A stretch of DNA of 64,000 nucleotides from contig DATIEN010000094.1 in assembly GCA_035455705.1 (NCBI GenBank), positions 188 through 64,187 on the forward strand. The letters are read 5' to 3'. Below, piece by piece: positions 14,104 to 27,318 of the stretch. The notes beneath the pieces were generated by a model. The model ran no database searches. It was given only the letters and a program-made list of their open reading frames with translations, and was not told where the DNA came from. A program made the position numbers and the translations under genes. The stretch is from Casimicrobiaceae bacterium. Its GTDB lineage: Bacteria > Pseudomonadota > Gammaproteobacteria > Burkholderiales > Casimicrobiaceae. Within the stretch, counting starts at the first letter, position 1. Each line of letters opens with the position of its first letter.

Positions 14104-14718
14104 TTGAGCGCACCGCTGCTTTACCTCGCATCGAAGAGCCCGCGGCGGCAGGCGCTGCTGCGGCAGCTCGGCATCGAGTTCGAAACGCTGCTCATGCGCG
14201 AGGCGGCGGGACGCGACCGCGACGTCGTCGAGGAAACGCGCGACGCCGAACCGGCCGCACATTACGTCGAGCGGATGGCGCGGACGAAGGCGCAGGTCGG
14301 CTGGCAGCGGATGGAGAACCGCAAGCTCGCCGAGCGGCCGGTCCTCGGCGCCGACACCGAGGTCGTGCTCGATGGCGAGGTGTTCGGCAAGCCCCGCAAC
14401 GCGAACGACGCGGCGCGCATGATCCGCCGGCTCGCCGGCCGCAGCCACCAGGTGTTGACGGCCGTGGCGCTGCGCCATCGCAACGGCACCGAGGTGGAGG
14501 TGTCCGTTTCGCGCGTCACGCTGCGTCGCCTCGGCGCATCCGAGCTCGAGCGCTACGTCGCGAGCGGCGAGCCGTTCGACAAGGCCGGCGGCTACGCGCT
14601 GCAGGGGATCGCCGCGGCGTTCATCTCGCGCCTCGAAGGCAGCTACAGCGGCGTCGTCGGCTTGCCGCTCTACGAGACCGCGTCGCTGCTGGCGCGCGCG
14701 GGCATGGCGGTGCTTTGA
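14104..14718 (+). CDS. maf: Maf/YhdE nucleoside triphosphate pyrophosphatase
   Basis: YLASKSPRR, LGADTEV, DKAGGY, SGVVGLP; TTG start after GGAGAG. Confidence 0.94.
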   Translation: MSAPLLYLASKSPRRQALLRQLGIEFETLLMREAAGRDRDVVEETRDAEPAAHYVERMARTKAQVGWQRMENRKLAERPVLGADTEVVLDGEVFGKPRNANDAARMIRRLAGRSHQVLTAVALRHRNGTEVEVSVSRVTLRRLGASELERYVASGEPFDKAGGYALQGIAAAFISRLEGSYSGVVGLPLYETASLLARAGMAVL

Positions 14719-14728
14719 GGCGCGCGAC

Positions 14729-16261
<1,533 letters not shown>

Positions 16262-16411
16262 ACCGCGCAAGGTTTCGCGCGCTCGCATGGTGCGCACGAT
16301 ACTTTGCGCGGAGTTGTCCTCCGCGAAAAGCTCGGGACGGCCCTTCGCTTTCCGCGCGGCAAGTGCAACGAAGCGTGCAGGCTGCGTGACTGCGATCGCC
16401 TGCAAGCCGAC

Positions 16412-17470
16412 ATGAAATTCTGGCCCCGCATTCGCGACACTGCCGACCGGCTGGCGCGGCTTCTTCGCCGCGAAACGACGCCGGGTCGCTTCGAGTTCGG
16501 AAGCGCCTCGTCGTGGCGCGGCTACGTGGCGACCGCGCCACTCGTCGAGCCGTCGCGCGACTATCTCGTCTACGTTCCACGCGGCTGGTCGCGCCGGCGC
16601 CGCAGCGCGCTTCACGTGCTGTGCCACGGCTGCCGCCAGACGGCCGAAGACCTGGCATCGCTGACCCACATTGCCGACTACGCCGACCGTGAAGGCTGCC
16701 TCGTGCTGTTGCCGCAGCAGGCGGCGGAGGCGAACCGCTGGGCCTGCTGGAACTGGTTCGAGGCGAACACCTCGCGCGGCAGCGGCGAAGCGGCGATCGT
16801 CGCCGCGCAGATCGTCCGCGTGCGCCGGCAATACCGCGCGCGGCGCGAGCGCGTATGGGTCGCGGGTCTTTCGGCCGGCGGCGCCCTCGCCGCGGTGCTC
16901 GGGCTGCGGTATCCGCGGCTCGTGCGCGGCGTATTCGTGCACTCCGGCCTCGCCTGCGGCGCGGCCGCATCGGCCGCGACGGCGCTCGCCGTGATGCAAC
17001 GCGGCCCGGACAACGACGTCGTCCGCGTAGCCGACGAAGCGCGCGCACTCACGCGCGACGTCGATGCGCCGAACGCGCCGCTCCTCGTCGTGCACGGCGA
17101 CCGCGACGACGTGGTCGCGCCGGCCAACGCGACCGCGCTCGTGCGGCAATATCTGCGGCTGAACGGCGACGCGACGCTTGCGGCTGACGCGCCGTTGCGT
17201 CCGAGCGACGCCTCGTCGCACGAGGAGGCCGGCGTCCGCTACGCGCTGCGCACCGACGACTGGTGGATCGACGGGCGCGTTCGCGTGCGGCAGGCGACGG
17301 TCGAGGGACTGGCGCACGCGTGGAGCGGCGGCGACGGCGCGTTCGGATTCGCCGACCCGCGCGGGCCCGACGCCTTGCGGCTTTTCGATCGCTTCGTCGC
17401 CGACGTCGAGGCGCCGCCCTCCGACTGGATCGCGCTGCTGCGCGCACGGCTGCGGCGCGACGCCCATTGA
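16412..17470 (+). CDS. PHB depolymerase/LpqC-family esterase
   Basis: LCHGCRQ oxyanion region, ACWNWF, GLSAGG nucleophile, VHGDRD, LAHAWSGG. Confidence 0.88.
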   Translation: MKFWPRIRDTADRLARLLRRETTPGRFEFGSASSWRGYVATAPLVEPSRDYLVYVPRGWSRRRRSALHVLCHGCRQTAEDLASLTHIADYADREGCLVLLPQQAAEANRWACWNWFEANTSRGSGEAAIVAAQIVRVRRQYRARRERVWVAGLSAGGALAAVLGLRYPRLVRGVFVHSGLACGAAASAATALAVMQRGPDNDVVRVADEARALTRDVDAPNAPLLVVHGDRDDVVAPANATALVRQYLRLNGDATLAADAPLRPSDASSHEEAGVRYALRTDDWWIDGRVRVRQATVEGLAHAWSGGDGAFGFADPRGPDALRLFDRFVADVEAPPSDWIALLRARLRRDAH

Positions 17471-17503
17471 CCGCGAGCCCTAAGTAAGCGCATTATTACT
17501 TAG
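17467..17503 (+). promoter_or_regulatory. Sigma70-like promoter overlapped by palindromic operator CTAAGTAA-N8-TTACTTAG
   Basis: TTGACC 17467-72, CATTAT 17491-96; perfect 8-bp inverted repeat at 17480-17503 in an AT-rich island. Confidence 0.7.
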
Positions 17504-17557
17504 GTGGCGCGATCGAAGGCGAAGTGGCGAGATGGAGATGCGCCGCCCCACGCTGTC

Positions 17558-18976
17558 ATGATTGCCGACCTCCTCCAGCGCCCGATCGAAGTCGTGAACG
17601 TCGGCCTCGCCGGCTTCGCGCAGGACCTCGCCTCCCAGCACGTGCCCGTCGTTCACGTCGAGTGGACGCCGCCGGCACGCGGGGACGCGGCGCTTGCGGC
17701 CACGCTCGCGCAACTCGCCGAGCACGACGCGGCGATCGCGAGCGCGAACGCCGAGGCGCTGCGCCGCATCCTCGACGGCGAGCCGGTCGTCGTCGACGTG
17801 CAAACGGCAGGCGACGTCATCGCGGGTCTTCGCGAGCGCGTGATCCAGCATGCCGGGCCTCCGATCGAATGGGACCGGATGTGCGGGCCGCTCCGCGGCG
17901 CCGTCGCCGGCGCCATCGTCTACGAAGGCTGGGCGCGCGATCTCGACGCGGCGACCGAGCTCGCCGCCTGCGGCGGCATCACGTTCCGCCCGAACCACGA
18001 CGCAGGCAGCGTCGGCCCGATGACCGGCATGATCACGCAGTCGATGCCGGTGTTCGTCGTCGAGAATCGCACGTCCGGCAATCGCGCGTACTGCACGATC
18101 AACGAGGGACTCGGGAAGGTGATGCGCTTCGGCGGCAACGACGCAAGCGTCATCGACCGACTGCGGTGGCTGCGTGACGTCTGCGGCCCTCGGCTCGGCG
18201 CCGCGCTCCGCGCGATCGGCGGCATCTCGCTCGGGCCGCTGATCGCGCGCGGCCTCGCGATGGGCGACGAGATGCATCAGCGCAACGTCGCGTGCTCGGC
18301 GCTGTTCCTGCGCGCCGCAGCGCCCGCGATCGTGCGCACCGGAGGATCGGCGGAGGACGCCGCCAGCGTGCTGGCCTTCATCGGCGGCAACGACCAGTTC
18401 TTCCTGAACATCGCGATGGCGATGGGCAAGGCGATCACCGATCCGGCGCGCGGCATCGCGCATTCGACGCTCGTCACCGCGATGTGCCGCAACGGCACGG
18501 ACTTCGGGATTCGCGTGAGCGGCACCGGTGACCGCTGGTTCACGGCGCAAGTCGAGATGCCGCAGGGACTCTACTTCCCGGGCTATTCCGAAGCGGATGC
18601 GAATCCGGACATCGGCGACTCGGCGATCCTCGAGACGATCGGCCTCGGTGCCTTCGCGATGGCGGCCTCGCCGGCGGTCGTCGGGTTCGTCGGCGGTGGC
18701 GGCGTTGCGGACGCGCTCGACTACACGCGCCAGATGGCGGAGATCTGCATCGGCACGAACGCGAAGTGGCCGATTCCGATGCTCGACTTCGCCGGCGCGC
18801 CGAGCGGCATCGACGTGCGGCGCGTCGTCGAGACCGGCATCGCACCGGCGATCAACACCGGCATCGCGCACCGGAAGGCCGGCGTCGGGCAGGTCGGCGC
18901 GGGAATCGCGCGCGCGCCGCTCGGCTGCTTCGACGCCGCATTGCGCGTGCTCGCGGAACAGGAGCGCGCGCGATGA
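17558..18976 (+). CDS. DUF1116 protein (YahG/YlbE-AllG-like carbamoyltransferase subunit)
   Basis: HAGPPI.W..MCG, MGDEMHQRN, RNGTDFG, DIGDSAILET, INTGIAH; N-terminal VVNVGL..F..DL..WTPPA segment as in YahG. Confidence 0.92.
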   Translation: MIADLLQRPIEVVNVGLAGFAQDLASQHVPVVHVEWTPPARGDAALAATLAQLAEHDAAIASANAEALRRILDGEPVVVDVQTAGDVIAGLRERVIQHAGPPIEWDRMCGPLRGAVAGAIVYEGWARDLDAATELAACGGITFRPNHDAGSVGPMTGMITQSMPVFVVENRTSGNRAYCTINEGLGKVMRFGGNDASVIDRLRWLRDVCGPRLGAALRAIGGISLGPLIARGLAMGDEMHQRNVACSALFLRAAAPAIVRTGGSAEDAASVLAFIGGNDQFFLNIAMAMGKAITDPARGIAHSTLVTAMCRNGTDFGIRVSGTGDRWFTAQVEMPQGLYFPGYSEADANPDIGDSAILETIGLGAFAMAASPAVVGFVGGGGVADALDYTRQMAEICIGTNAKWPIPMLDFAGAPSGIDVRRVVETGIAPAINTGIAHRKAGVGQVGAGIARAPLGCFDAALRVLAEQERAR

Positions 18977-20556
18977 GCGCCGCAGGGCCATCACAAGGCG
19001 CGAATTCCGCCGCCCCGGCGGCGCGCGGAGCGGCGAAGCCGCAAGCGTGGGGGGACTCCGCGAGCCACGTCGCAAGCCGCGTCGTGCGCGGCCGCTATCT
19101 CGATTCGGTCAGCCTGATGCGCTTCTCGCAGCGACTCTCGGCGCTGCCGGGCGTCGCGGAAGCCGCCGTGATGATCGGCTCGGACACCAACAAGCGGCTG
19201 ATGCGCGACTCGGGCTTGCTGGCGGGCGACGCGGCGGCCGCGCAGCCGACGGACCTGATCGTCGGCGTGCGCGCGAGCGACGAGGCGGCGGCGCAAAACG
19301 CGCTCGAAAGCGTCGATTCGCTTCTCGCGGCGCCGGGTGCGCGCGACACCGCCGGCGGCGTTACGCGCGCGCGAACGCTCGATGGCGCGACGAAGGCCCT
19401 GCCCGGCGCCAACGTCGCGCTGATCTCCGTCCCCGGCGAATTTGCCGCTGCCGAGGCGGCAAAGGCACTGCGCGCGGGCCTCCACGTGCTGCTCTTCAGC
19501 AACAACGTCGCGCTCGAGGACGAGCGCCGCCTGAAGATGCTCGCCCGCGAGCGCGGCCTGCTGCTGATGGGGGCCGACTGCGGCACGAGTCTCGTCAACG
19601 GCGTGCCGCTCGCCTTCGCGAACGCGGTGCCGCGCGGCGGCGTCGGTGTCGTCGCCGCATCGGGGACGGGCCTTCAGGAAGTGACGACGCTCGTCGCGCG
19701 CGCCGGCGGCGGCATCTCGCACGGAATCGGCGTCGGCGGCCGCGATTTGCGCGACGAGATCGGCGGCATCACGACGCTGATGGCGATCGACGCGCTCGAC
19801 GCCGATCCGGCGACGACGCACGTCGTCATCGTCTCGAAGCCGCCCGCGCCGCGCGTCGCGAAGTCGGTGCTCGAACGGATCACGCGAAGCGCGAAGCCCT
19901 TCACCGTTTGCCTGCTCGGGCAGGCCGACCTGGAACTGCCGGCGAACGCACGCCGCGCTCACACGCTGCGCGAAGCGGCCGAGCTTGCGCTCGGCGGTCA
20001 GCGGTTCGCGCCCGATTTCGTCTCTCGGGCAACGCTACCCAAGCCCGCCGGCCGGCGCCTGCGCGGCCTCTACTGCGGTGGAACGCTGTGCGCCGAAGCG
20101 CAGCTCGTGCTGCTCGCGGCCGGCGAAGCGGTCGCGTCGAACGCTCCGGTGCCCGGCGCCCGGGCGCTCGAGACTCCCGACGACGGCGCGGCGCGTCATG
20201 CGATCGTCGATCTGGGCGCCGACGAATACACGCGCGGCCGTCCGCACCCGATGATCGAGCCGGCGATCCGCACGGAGCCCCTGCGTGCCGCGGTCGCGGA
20301 TCCGGCCACCGCCGTCGTGCTCCTCGACGTCGTGATCGGTTACGGCGCGCATGCCGATCCGGCGGGAGCGCTCGCCGATGCGCTCGCGCAGATGCCGGCC
20401 GGCCGGCCGCCGGTGGTCGCCTCCGTCTGCGGCACCGAAGCCGATCCGCAAGGCTATTCGCGACAGGTGCACACGCTCGAGCGCGCCGGCGTCGTCGTCG
20501 CGCCGTCGAATGCGCATGCTGCCGAGCTCGCCGTGCGCGTGCTCCGCTCGCGCTAG
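18973..20556 (+). CDS. fdrA: FdrA/YahF (AllF-like) succinyl-CoA-synthetase-alpha-like protein
   Basis: YLDSVSLM, ALISVPG, LMGADCGT, AASGTGLQE, GLYCGGTL, DLGADEYTRGRPHPMI. Confidence 0.92.
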   Translation: MSAAGPSQGANSAAPAARGAAKPQAWGDSASHVASRVVRGRYLDSVSLMRFSQRLSALPGVAEAAVMIGSDTNKRLMRDSGLLAGDAAAAQPTDLIVGVRASDEAAAQNALESVDSLLAAPGARDTAGGVTRARTLDGATKALPGANVALISVPGEFAAAEAAKALRAGLHVLLFSNNVALEDERRLKMLARERGLLLMGADCGTSLVNGVPLAFANAVPRGGVGVVAASGTGLQEVTTLVARAGGGISHGIGVGGRDLRDEIGGITTLMAIDALDADPATTHVVIVSKPPAPRVAKSVLERITRSAKPFTVCLLGQADLELPANARRAHTLREAAELALGGQRFAPDFVSRATLPKPAGRRLRGLYCGGTLCAEAQLVLLAAGEAVASNAPVPGARALETPDDGAARHAIVDLGADEYTRGRPHPMIEPAIRTEPLRAAVADPATAVVLLDVVIGYGAHADPAGALADALAQMPAGRPPVVASVCGTEADPQGYSRQVHTLERAGVVVAPSNAHAAELAVRVLRSR

Positions 20557-21437
20557 ACGTCGAGGATCGCCGAGGCGACGGTCACGGCGCCCGCCAGCGC
20601 GTCCCAGCCCGACGTGTGACCGACCCGCGCGATCGCGCCGAGTGCATCGCCGGGATCGAGATCGCCGGCGAGCGCGAGAAGGCACCCGTGCAGCGCCTCG
20701 CTGCCCTCCCCGTGCGCCGCCGCGGCCAGGTGTGCGACGCTCACCGGGTGCGTCGCGCCTTCGGGAAGCGGCAACAGCCAGTCGCCGAGCACCCGTGCAC
20801 GGTCGCGCTGGCCGAACGCGTGCAGCGCGACGAGCGCGCCGCCGAGAAAGTCGTCGCCCGACGGCGTGAGCCCCGGACCCAGCCCGATCACGTCGCGAAG
20901 CGCTTCGGGCGGCGACGCATCGCCATTCCCGGCGAGCCACGAGCGCAGCGCGGCCGCCGTCGCGGCGCCCGCGTCACCGAGCTTGCCCGTCCCGAGCGTC
21001 GCGGTGACGACGAACGCAAGCCCCTCGGCCGGAATCCGCATCCGCGCCGCGCTGCGCATTCGCTCCACCCCGCGCGCCAGGCGGGCCCCGTCGATCGGCA
21101 GCGCGGGCAGCCCCGGATGCCAGCGTGCCGCGCGCGTGCAATCGACAACCGCGTTCGCCACGCGGAAGCGAGGCCACGTGCCGCGAACCGGCTGCTCCGG
21201 CACGAGTCTCGCAAGCGTGCGACCGATCGCGTGCGGCGACGCGACGATCGCGTTCAGCGGTCCGCGGCCGAGATTCTCGCTACCGATGCAAATCCATTGT
21301 CCGTCGAGCTCGACGTACGCGCTGCGTTCGAACACCGCGCAAACGCGTCCGCCGCGGGCGCGCTGCACGCGATCGGCGGCGTAGCCGCCGATGCACGCGA
21401 CGACGAGTTCGCGCTCCTCATCGCTCGGCGACGACAT
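20553..21437 (-). CDS. DUF2877 protein (YahE/YlbF-AllH-like)
   Basis: IGLGPGLTPSGDDFLGG and GHTSGWD motifs. Confidence 0.92.
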   Translation of the reverse strand: MSSPSDEERELVVACIGGYAADRVQRARGGRVCAVFERSAYVELDGQWICIGSENLGRGPLNAIVASPHAIGRTLARLVPEQPVRGTWPRFRVANAVVDCTRAARWHPGLPALPIDGARLARGVERMRSAARMRIPAEGLAFVVTATLGTGKLGDAGAATAAALRSWLAGNGDASPPEALRDVIGLGPGLTPSGDDFLGGALVALHAFGQRDRARVLGDWLLPLPEGATHPVSVAHLAAAAHGEGSEALHGCLLALAGDLDPGDALGAIARVGHTSGWDALAGAVTVASAILDV

Positions 21438-22395
21438 GCGTACCGGCCCTGCCCTCGAAGGCCTGTGCCGCCTGATCGAGGTGCGCGATGATCGCGCGCT
21501 TGCCGCCGTGCGCGAGGAACCGCAGCACCGCGTCGATCTTCGGGGCCATGCTGCCGCGGGCGAAATGGCCTTCCGCCTGGTATGCCTCGAGCTCGCCGAC
21601 GCTGACAGTTCCGAGCTCGCGTTGGCCGGGCTTGCCGAAATGGATGGCGACGCGCGGCACCGACGTCAGGATCATCAGGGTCTCGATGTCCAGCAGGTTC
21701 GCCATGAACGCGGACGTCAGATCCTTGTCGATGACCGCTTCGACGCCGCGGTGACGGCCGGCCGCGTCGCGCACGACCGGAATCCCGCCGCCGCCGCCGG
21801 CGATGACGATGGTCCCCATCCGCGCCATGGTGTCGATCAGCGGCAGGTTCACGATGCCGCGCGGCCGCGGCGACGGGACTGCATAGCGCCAGCCGCGTCC
21901 GGCGTCCTCCATCATGTTCCAGCCCTGCGCGATCAGCGCGCGCGCGTCGGGCTCCTTGAAGAAGGGGCCGATCGGCTTGCTCGGATTGCCGAAAGCCGGA
22001 TCGTCGGGATCGACCTCGACCTGTGTGAGCACGCACGCGACGATCCGCTCGCTGCCCGCAACCCGCAGCTCGTTCTCCATCGCCTGCATCAGCAGATAGG
22101 CGATGCCGCCCTGGCTATGCGCGACGCAGATGTCGAGCCGCATCGGCGCCACCTTGTCGCGCGTCAGGATCTGACGCATGAGGATCTTGCCGACGACCGG
22201 CCCGTTCCCGTGCGTCACGACAAGCTCGCACGGGAGCTGCATCAGCGGCAGCAGCGCCTTGGCGGCGTTGGCCGCGACGACCTCCTGTTCCTCGGTCGTC
22301 CCCTTGATGTTCTCGGGATGCGTGGCGTTGCCGCCCACGGCGACGAGGACACGGCCCGCAACGTCCGTGCTCTTCGTAGCTGCCGCATCGGTCAT
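21418..22395 (-). CDS. arcC: Carbamate kinase
   Basis: VAVGGNA, THGNGPVVG, PSKPIGP, GGGGIPV, AVIDKD, GSMAPK. Confidence 0.95.
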   Translation of the reverse strand: MTDAAATKSTDVAGRVLVAVGGNATHPENIKGTTEEQEVVAANAAKALLPLMQLPCELVVTHGNGPVVGKILMRQILTRDKVAPMRLDICVAHSQGGIAYLLMQAMENELRVAGSERIVACVLTQVEVDPDDPAFGNPSKPIGPFFKEPDARALIAQGWNMMEDAGRGWRYAVPSPRPRGIVNLPLIDTMARMGTIVIAGGGGGIPVVRDAAGRHRGVEAVIDKDLTSAFMANLLDIETLMILTSVPRVAIHFGKPGQRELGTVSVGELEAYQAEGHFARGSMAPKIDAVLRFLAHGGKRAIIAHLDQAAQAFEGRAGTHVVAER

Positions 22396-22442
22396 CGAAG
22401 GCTCCCTCCGGGAAGGCACGCGCGCGCCGATCGAAAAAGACA

Positions 22443-22495
22443 TTGACGCCGCCGTGGCAGTTTCTAGAATAGTAAAAATTTTCTTACTAGTCCAA
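22443..22495. promoter_or_regulatory. Overlapping divergent sigma70 promoters with operator TAGTAA-N8-TTACTA
   Basis: Plus strand TTGACG(22443)-N16-TAGAAT(22465); minus strand TTGGAC(22495)-N18-TATTCT(22471); palindrome 22470-22489. Confidence 0.75.
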
Positions 22496-22571
22496 CGACA
22501 GGCGGCCCGCGCGACCGGCGCGACGCCGTGGAGCAGCACAGCAGCCAGGCGCGGCCGTATCGCAGGGCCGC

Positions 22572-22591
22572 AAGTCACGCATTTCTTACTT
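22572..22591. promoter_or_regulatory. Third, imperfect operator copy AAGTCA-N8-TTACTT
   Basis: One mismatch to the AGTAA-N8-TTACT core; just upstream of the GGAGGAG SD of the binding-protein gene. Confidence 0.6.
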
Positions 22592-22606
22592 TTGGTGGAG
22601 GAGAAC

Positions 22607-23773
22607 ATGGGAATCGGACGCAAACACAACGGCTGGCACGCCGTGCTCGGCGCGGCCGCGCTCGCCTTGGCCACGTCGGCGCTCGCCGCCGACCCGATCA
22701 AGATCGGCCTCGTCGCCGCGCTGTCCGGTCCGTCGGCGCAATCCGGCGAAGCGATCACGCAGGGGCTGACCATCGCAATCGACGAGATCAACGCCGCCGG
22801 CGGAGTGCTCGGCCGGCCGCTCGCCCTGGTCAAGCGCGACGACGAGTCGAGCCCACCGAAGGGCGCGACCGCCGCGCGCGAGCTGATCTACGACGAGAAG
22901 GTCGCGGCGATCTTCGGCGGCCTCGACACCCCCGTGTCGCTCGCAATCGTGCCGATCGCGAACAAGGAGCACGTGCCCTACATGGGCGTGTGGGCGGCGG
23001 GGACGCCCATCACGCGCAATGGTGCGAACCCGAACTACGCGTTCCGCGTATCGGCCGTCGACGTCATGGTCGACGAGGCGCTGCTCAAGTACGCGCAGAA
23101 GAACGGGGCGAAGAAGCCGGGCCTTATCCTCATCAACAACCCTTGGGGCGAGTCCAACGAAAAGGGCCTCAAGGAAGAAGCGCAGAAACTCGGCCTGACG
23201 CTCGCCGGCGTCGAGAAGTTCGAGGACCGCGACGTCGACGTCGTCCCGCAGTTGACGCGCCTCAAGAACGCCGGCGCCGACGCGCTGATCCTCGTCGCCA
23301 ACGCGGCACCGGGCGCGCAGGTGATGAAGGCGCGCGAGCGGATGGGCTGGAAGGTGCCGGTGATCTCGCACTGGGGCGTCTCGGGCGGCCGCTTCCCCGA
23401 GCTCGCGGGCCCCACGGCCGGCGACGTCGTATTCGTGCAGACGTACAGCTTCTTCGGCAACCAGAAGCCGGCGGGTAAGAAGGTGCTCTCGGAGCTCGAG
23501 AAGAAGTACAAGGTGAGCGGGCCCGAGAGTGTCATCTCGCCGGTCGGCGTCGCCGACGCGTACGACGCGATGCACCTGCTCGCGCTCGCGATCAAGAAGG
23601 CCGGCAGCACCAAGGGCGACGCCGTGCGCCAGGCGCTGCACGAGATAGACGAGTATCAGGGCCTGATCAAGACGTACCGCAAGCCGTTCAGCGCGCAGAA
23701 CCAGGACGCGCTCGGTCCGGACGACTACATCTTCGTCCGCTACGAAGGCAACAAGATCGTGCCGGTGCGCTAG
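22607..23773 (+). CDS. ABC transporter substrate-binding protein (Liv/HAAT family)
   Basis: Sec signal peptide, PIKIGL, INAAGGVLGR, AYDAMHLLA. Confidence 0.93.
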   Translation: MGIGRKHNGWHAVLGAAALALATSALAADPIKIGLVAALSGPSAQSGEAITQGLTIAIDEINAAGGVLGRPLALVKRDDESSPPKGATAARELIYDEKVAAIFGGLDTPVSLAIVPIANKEHVPYMGVWAAGTPITRNGANPNYAFRVSAVDVMVDEALLKYAQKNGAKKPGLILINNPWGESNEKGLKEEAQKLGLTLAGVEKFEDRDVDVVPQLTRLKNAGADALILVANAAPGAQVMKARERMGWKVPVISHWGVSGGRFPELAGPTAGDVVFVQTYSFFGNQKPAGKKVLSELEKKYKVSGPESVISPVGVADAYDAMHLLALAIKKAGSTKGDAVRQALHEIDEYQGLIKTYRKPFSAQNQDALGPDDYIFVRYEGNKIVPVR

Positions 23774-23783
23774 GGTGGAACAT

Positions 23784-23892
23784 CCCCCCACGCTCGCTCC
23801 GCTGGCTGCCCCCCAGGGGGCGGGTCAGTCGCTCGGGGCGGCCCTTCGCCACTGACATGGCCGTTGCCGCCGCAGCACTCCGCTGCGGCGGC
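23784..23892. repeat. REP-like palindromic intercistronic element plus perfect 11-bp hairpin
   Basis: CCCCCCACGCTCGCTCCGCTGGCTGCCCCCCAGGGGGCG, stem GTCAGT...ACTGAC, and GCCGCCGCAGC-ACTCC-GCTGCGGCGGC (23866-23892). Confidence 0.6.
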
Positions 23893-23918
23893 GGCACGAC
23901 CTCTTACTCGAAGCCCCG

Positions 23919-24793
23919 ATGGATCTGTTCGTCTCCGCGCTGGTGACCGGCGTCGGCCTCGGCAGCATGTACGGGCTGCTCGCCCTCGGCTTCTACGTCA
24001 CGTACGCCGTTTCGAACACCGTCAACTTCGCGCAGGGCAGCACGATGATGCTCGGCGCGGTGATGGGCTTCACGTTCGGCGTGACGCTCGGATGGCCGTG
24101 GATCGCGGCGCTCCTCGCCGCGCTCGCCGCGTGCGTCGCGTGGGGCGTCGTCGTCGAGGCGATCGGCGTGCGGCCGTTCGCGCGTCGCGGTTCGGACCTG
24201 TGGCTGATGGCGACCGTCGCGCTCGGTCTGGTCCTGGAGAACGTCGTACTGTTCACGTTCGGCAAGGATCCGCGCGGCATGCCGCAATCGGCGCTGACCG
24301 CCGAGGCCTTCTCGGTGGGCGGCCTGCGCGTCTCCGTGCTTCAGGTGACGATCCCGGTGGTCGGCCTCGCGATCGCGTTCGGGCTGCACGTGTTGACGCG
24401 TCACACGCGAAGCGGCAAATCGATGCTCGCGATCGTCCAGAACCCCGATGCCGCGCGGCTGATGGGCATCGACGTGCGCGCGGCGATCGTCGGCGCCTAC
24501 GCGATCTCGGGACTTTTCGCGGGCATCGCGGGCCTTTTGATCGCGCCGCTCTTCACCGTGTCGTCGAGCATGGGGACGCTCTTCGGCATCAAGGCGTTCG
24601 CCGTCGCGATCCTCGGCGGCATCGGCAATCCGTGGGGCGTGATGCTCGCCGGCCTCATCTACGGCGGCGCCGAGTCGCTGATCACGGCGGCGTTCGGCTC
24701 GACGTACACGCAGATCCTGACGTTCGGCCTGGTGATCGTCGCGCTCGCGCTGCGTCCCGACGGCCTCTTCGGCCGCGCCGGGGTGAAGAAAAT

Positions 24794-24797
<4 letters not shown>
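23919..24797 (+). CDS. ABC transporter permease (LivH-like)
   Basis: YGLLALGF..VNFAQG, AARLMGID, KAFAVAILGGIG, LRPDGLFG. Confidence 0.94.
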
Positions 24798-27301
<2,504 letters not shown>

Positions 27302-27318
27302 GCGGCGGCCCCGACGAC

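Noticed and set aside
23864-24793. N-terminal extension making the ABC fusion 1145 aa
   Set aside because: It overlaps the LivH-like gene in another frame; ATG 24794 overlapping the upstream stop is the likelier start.
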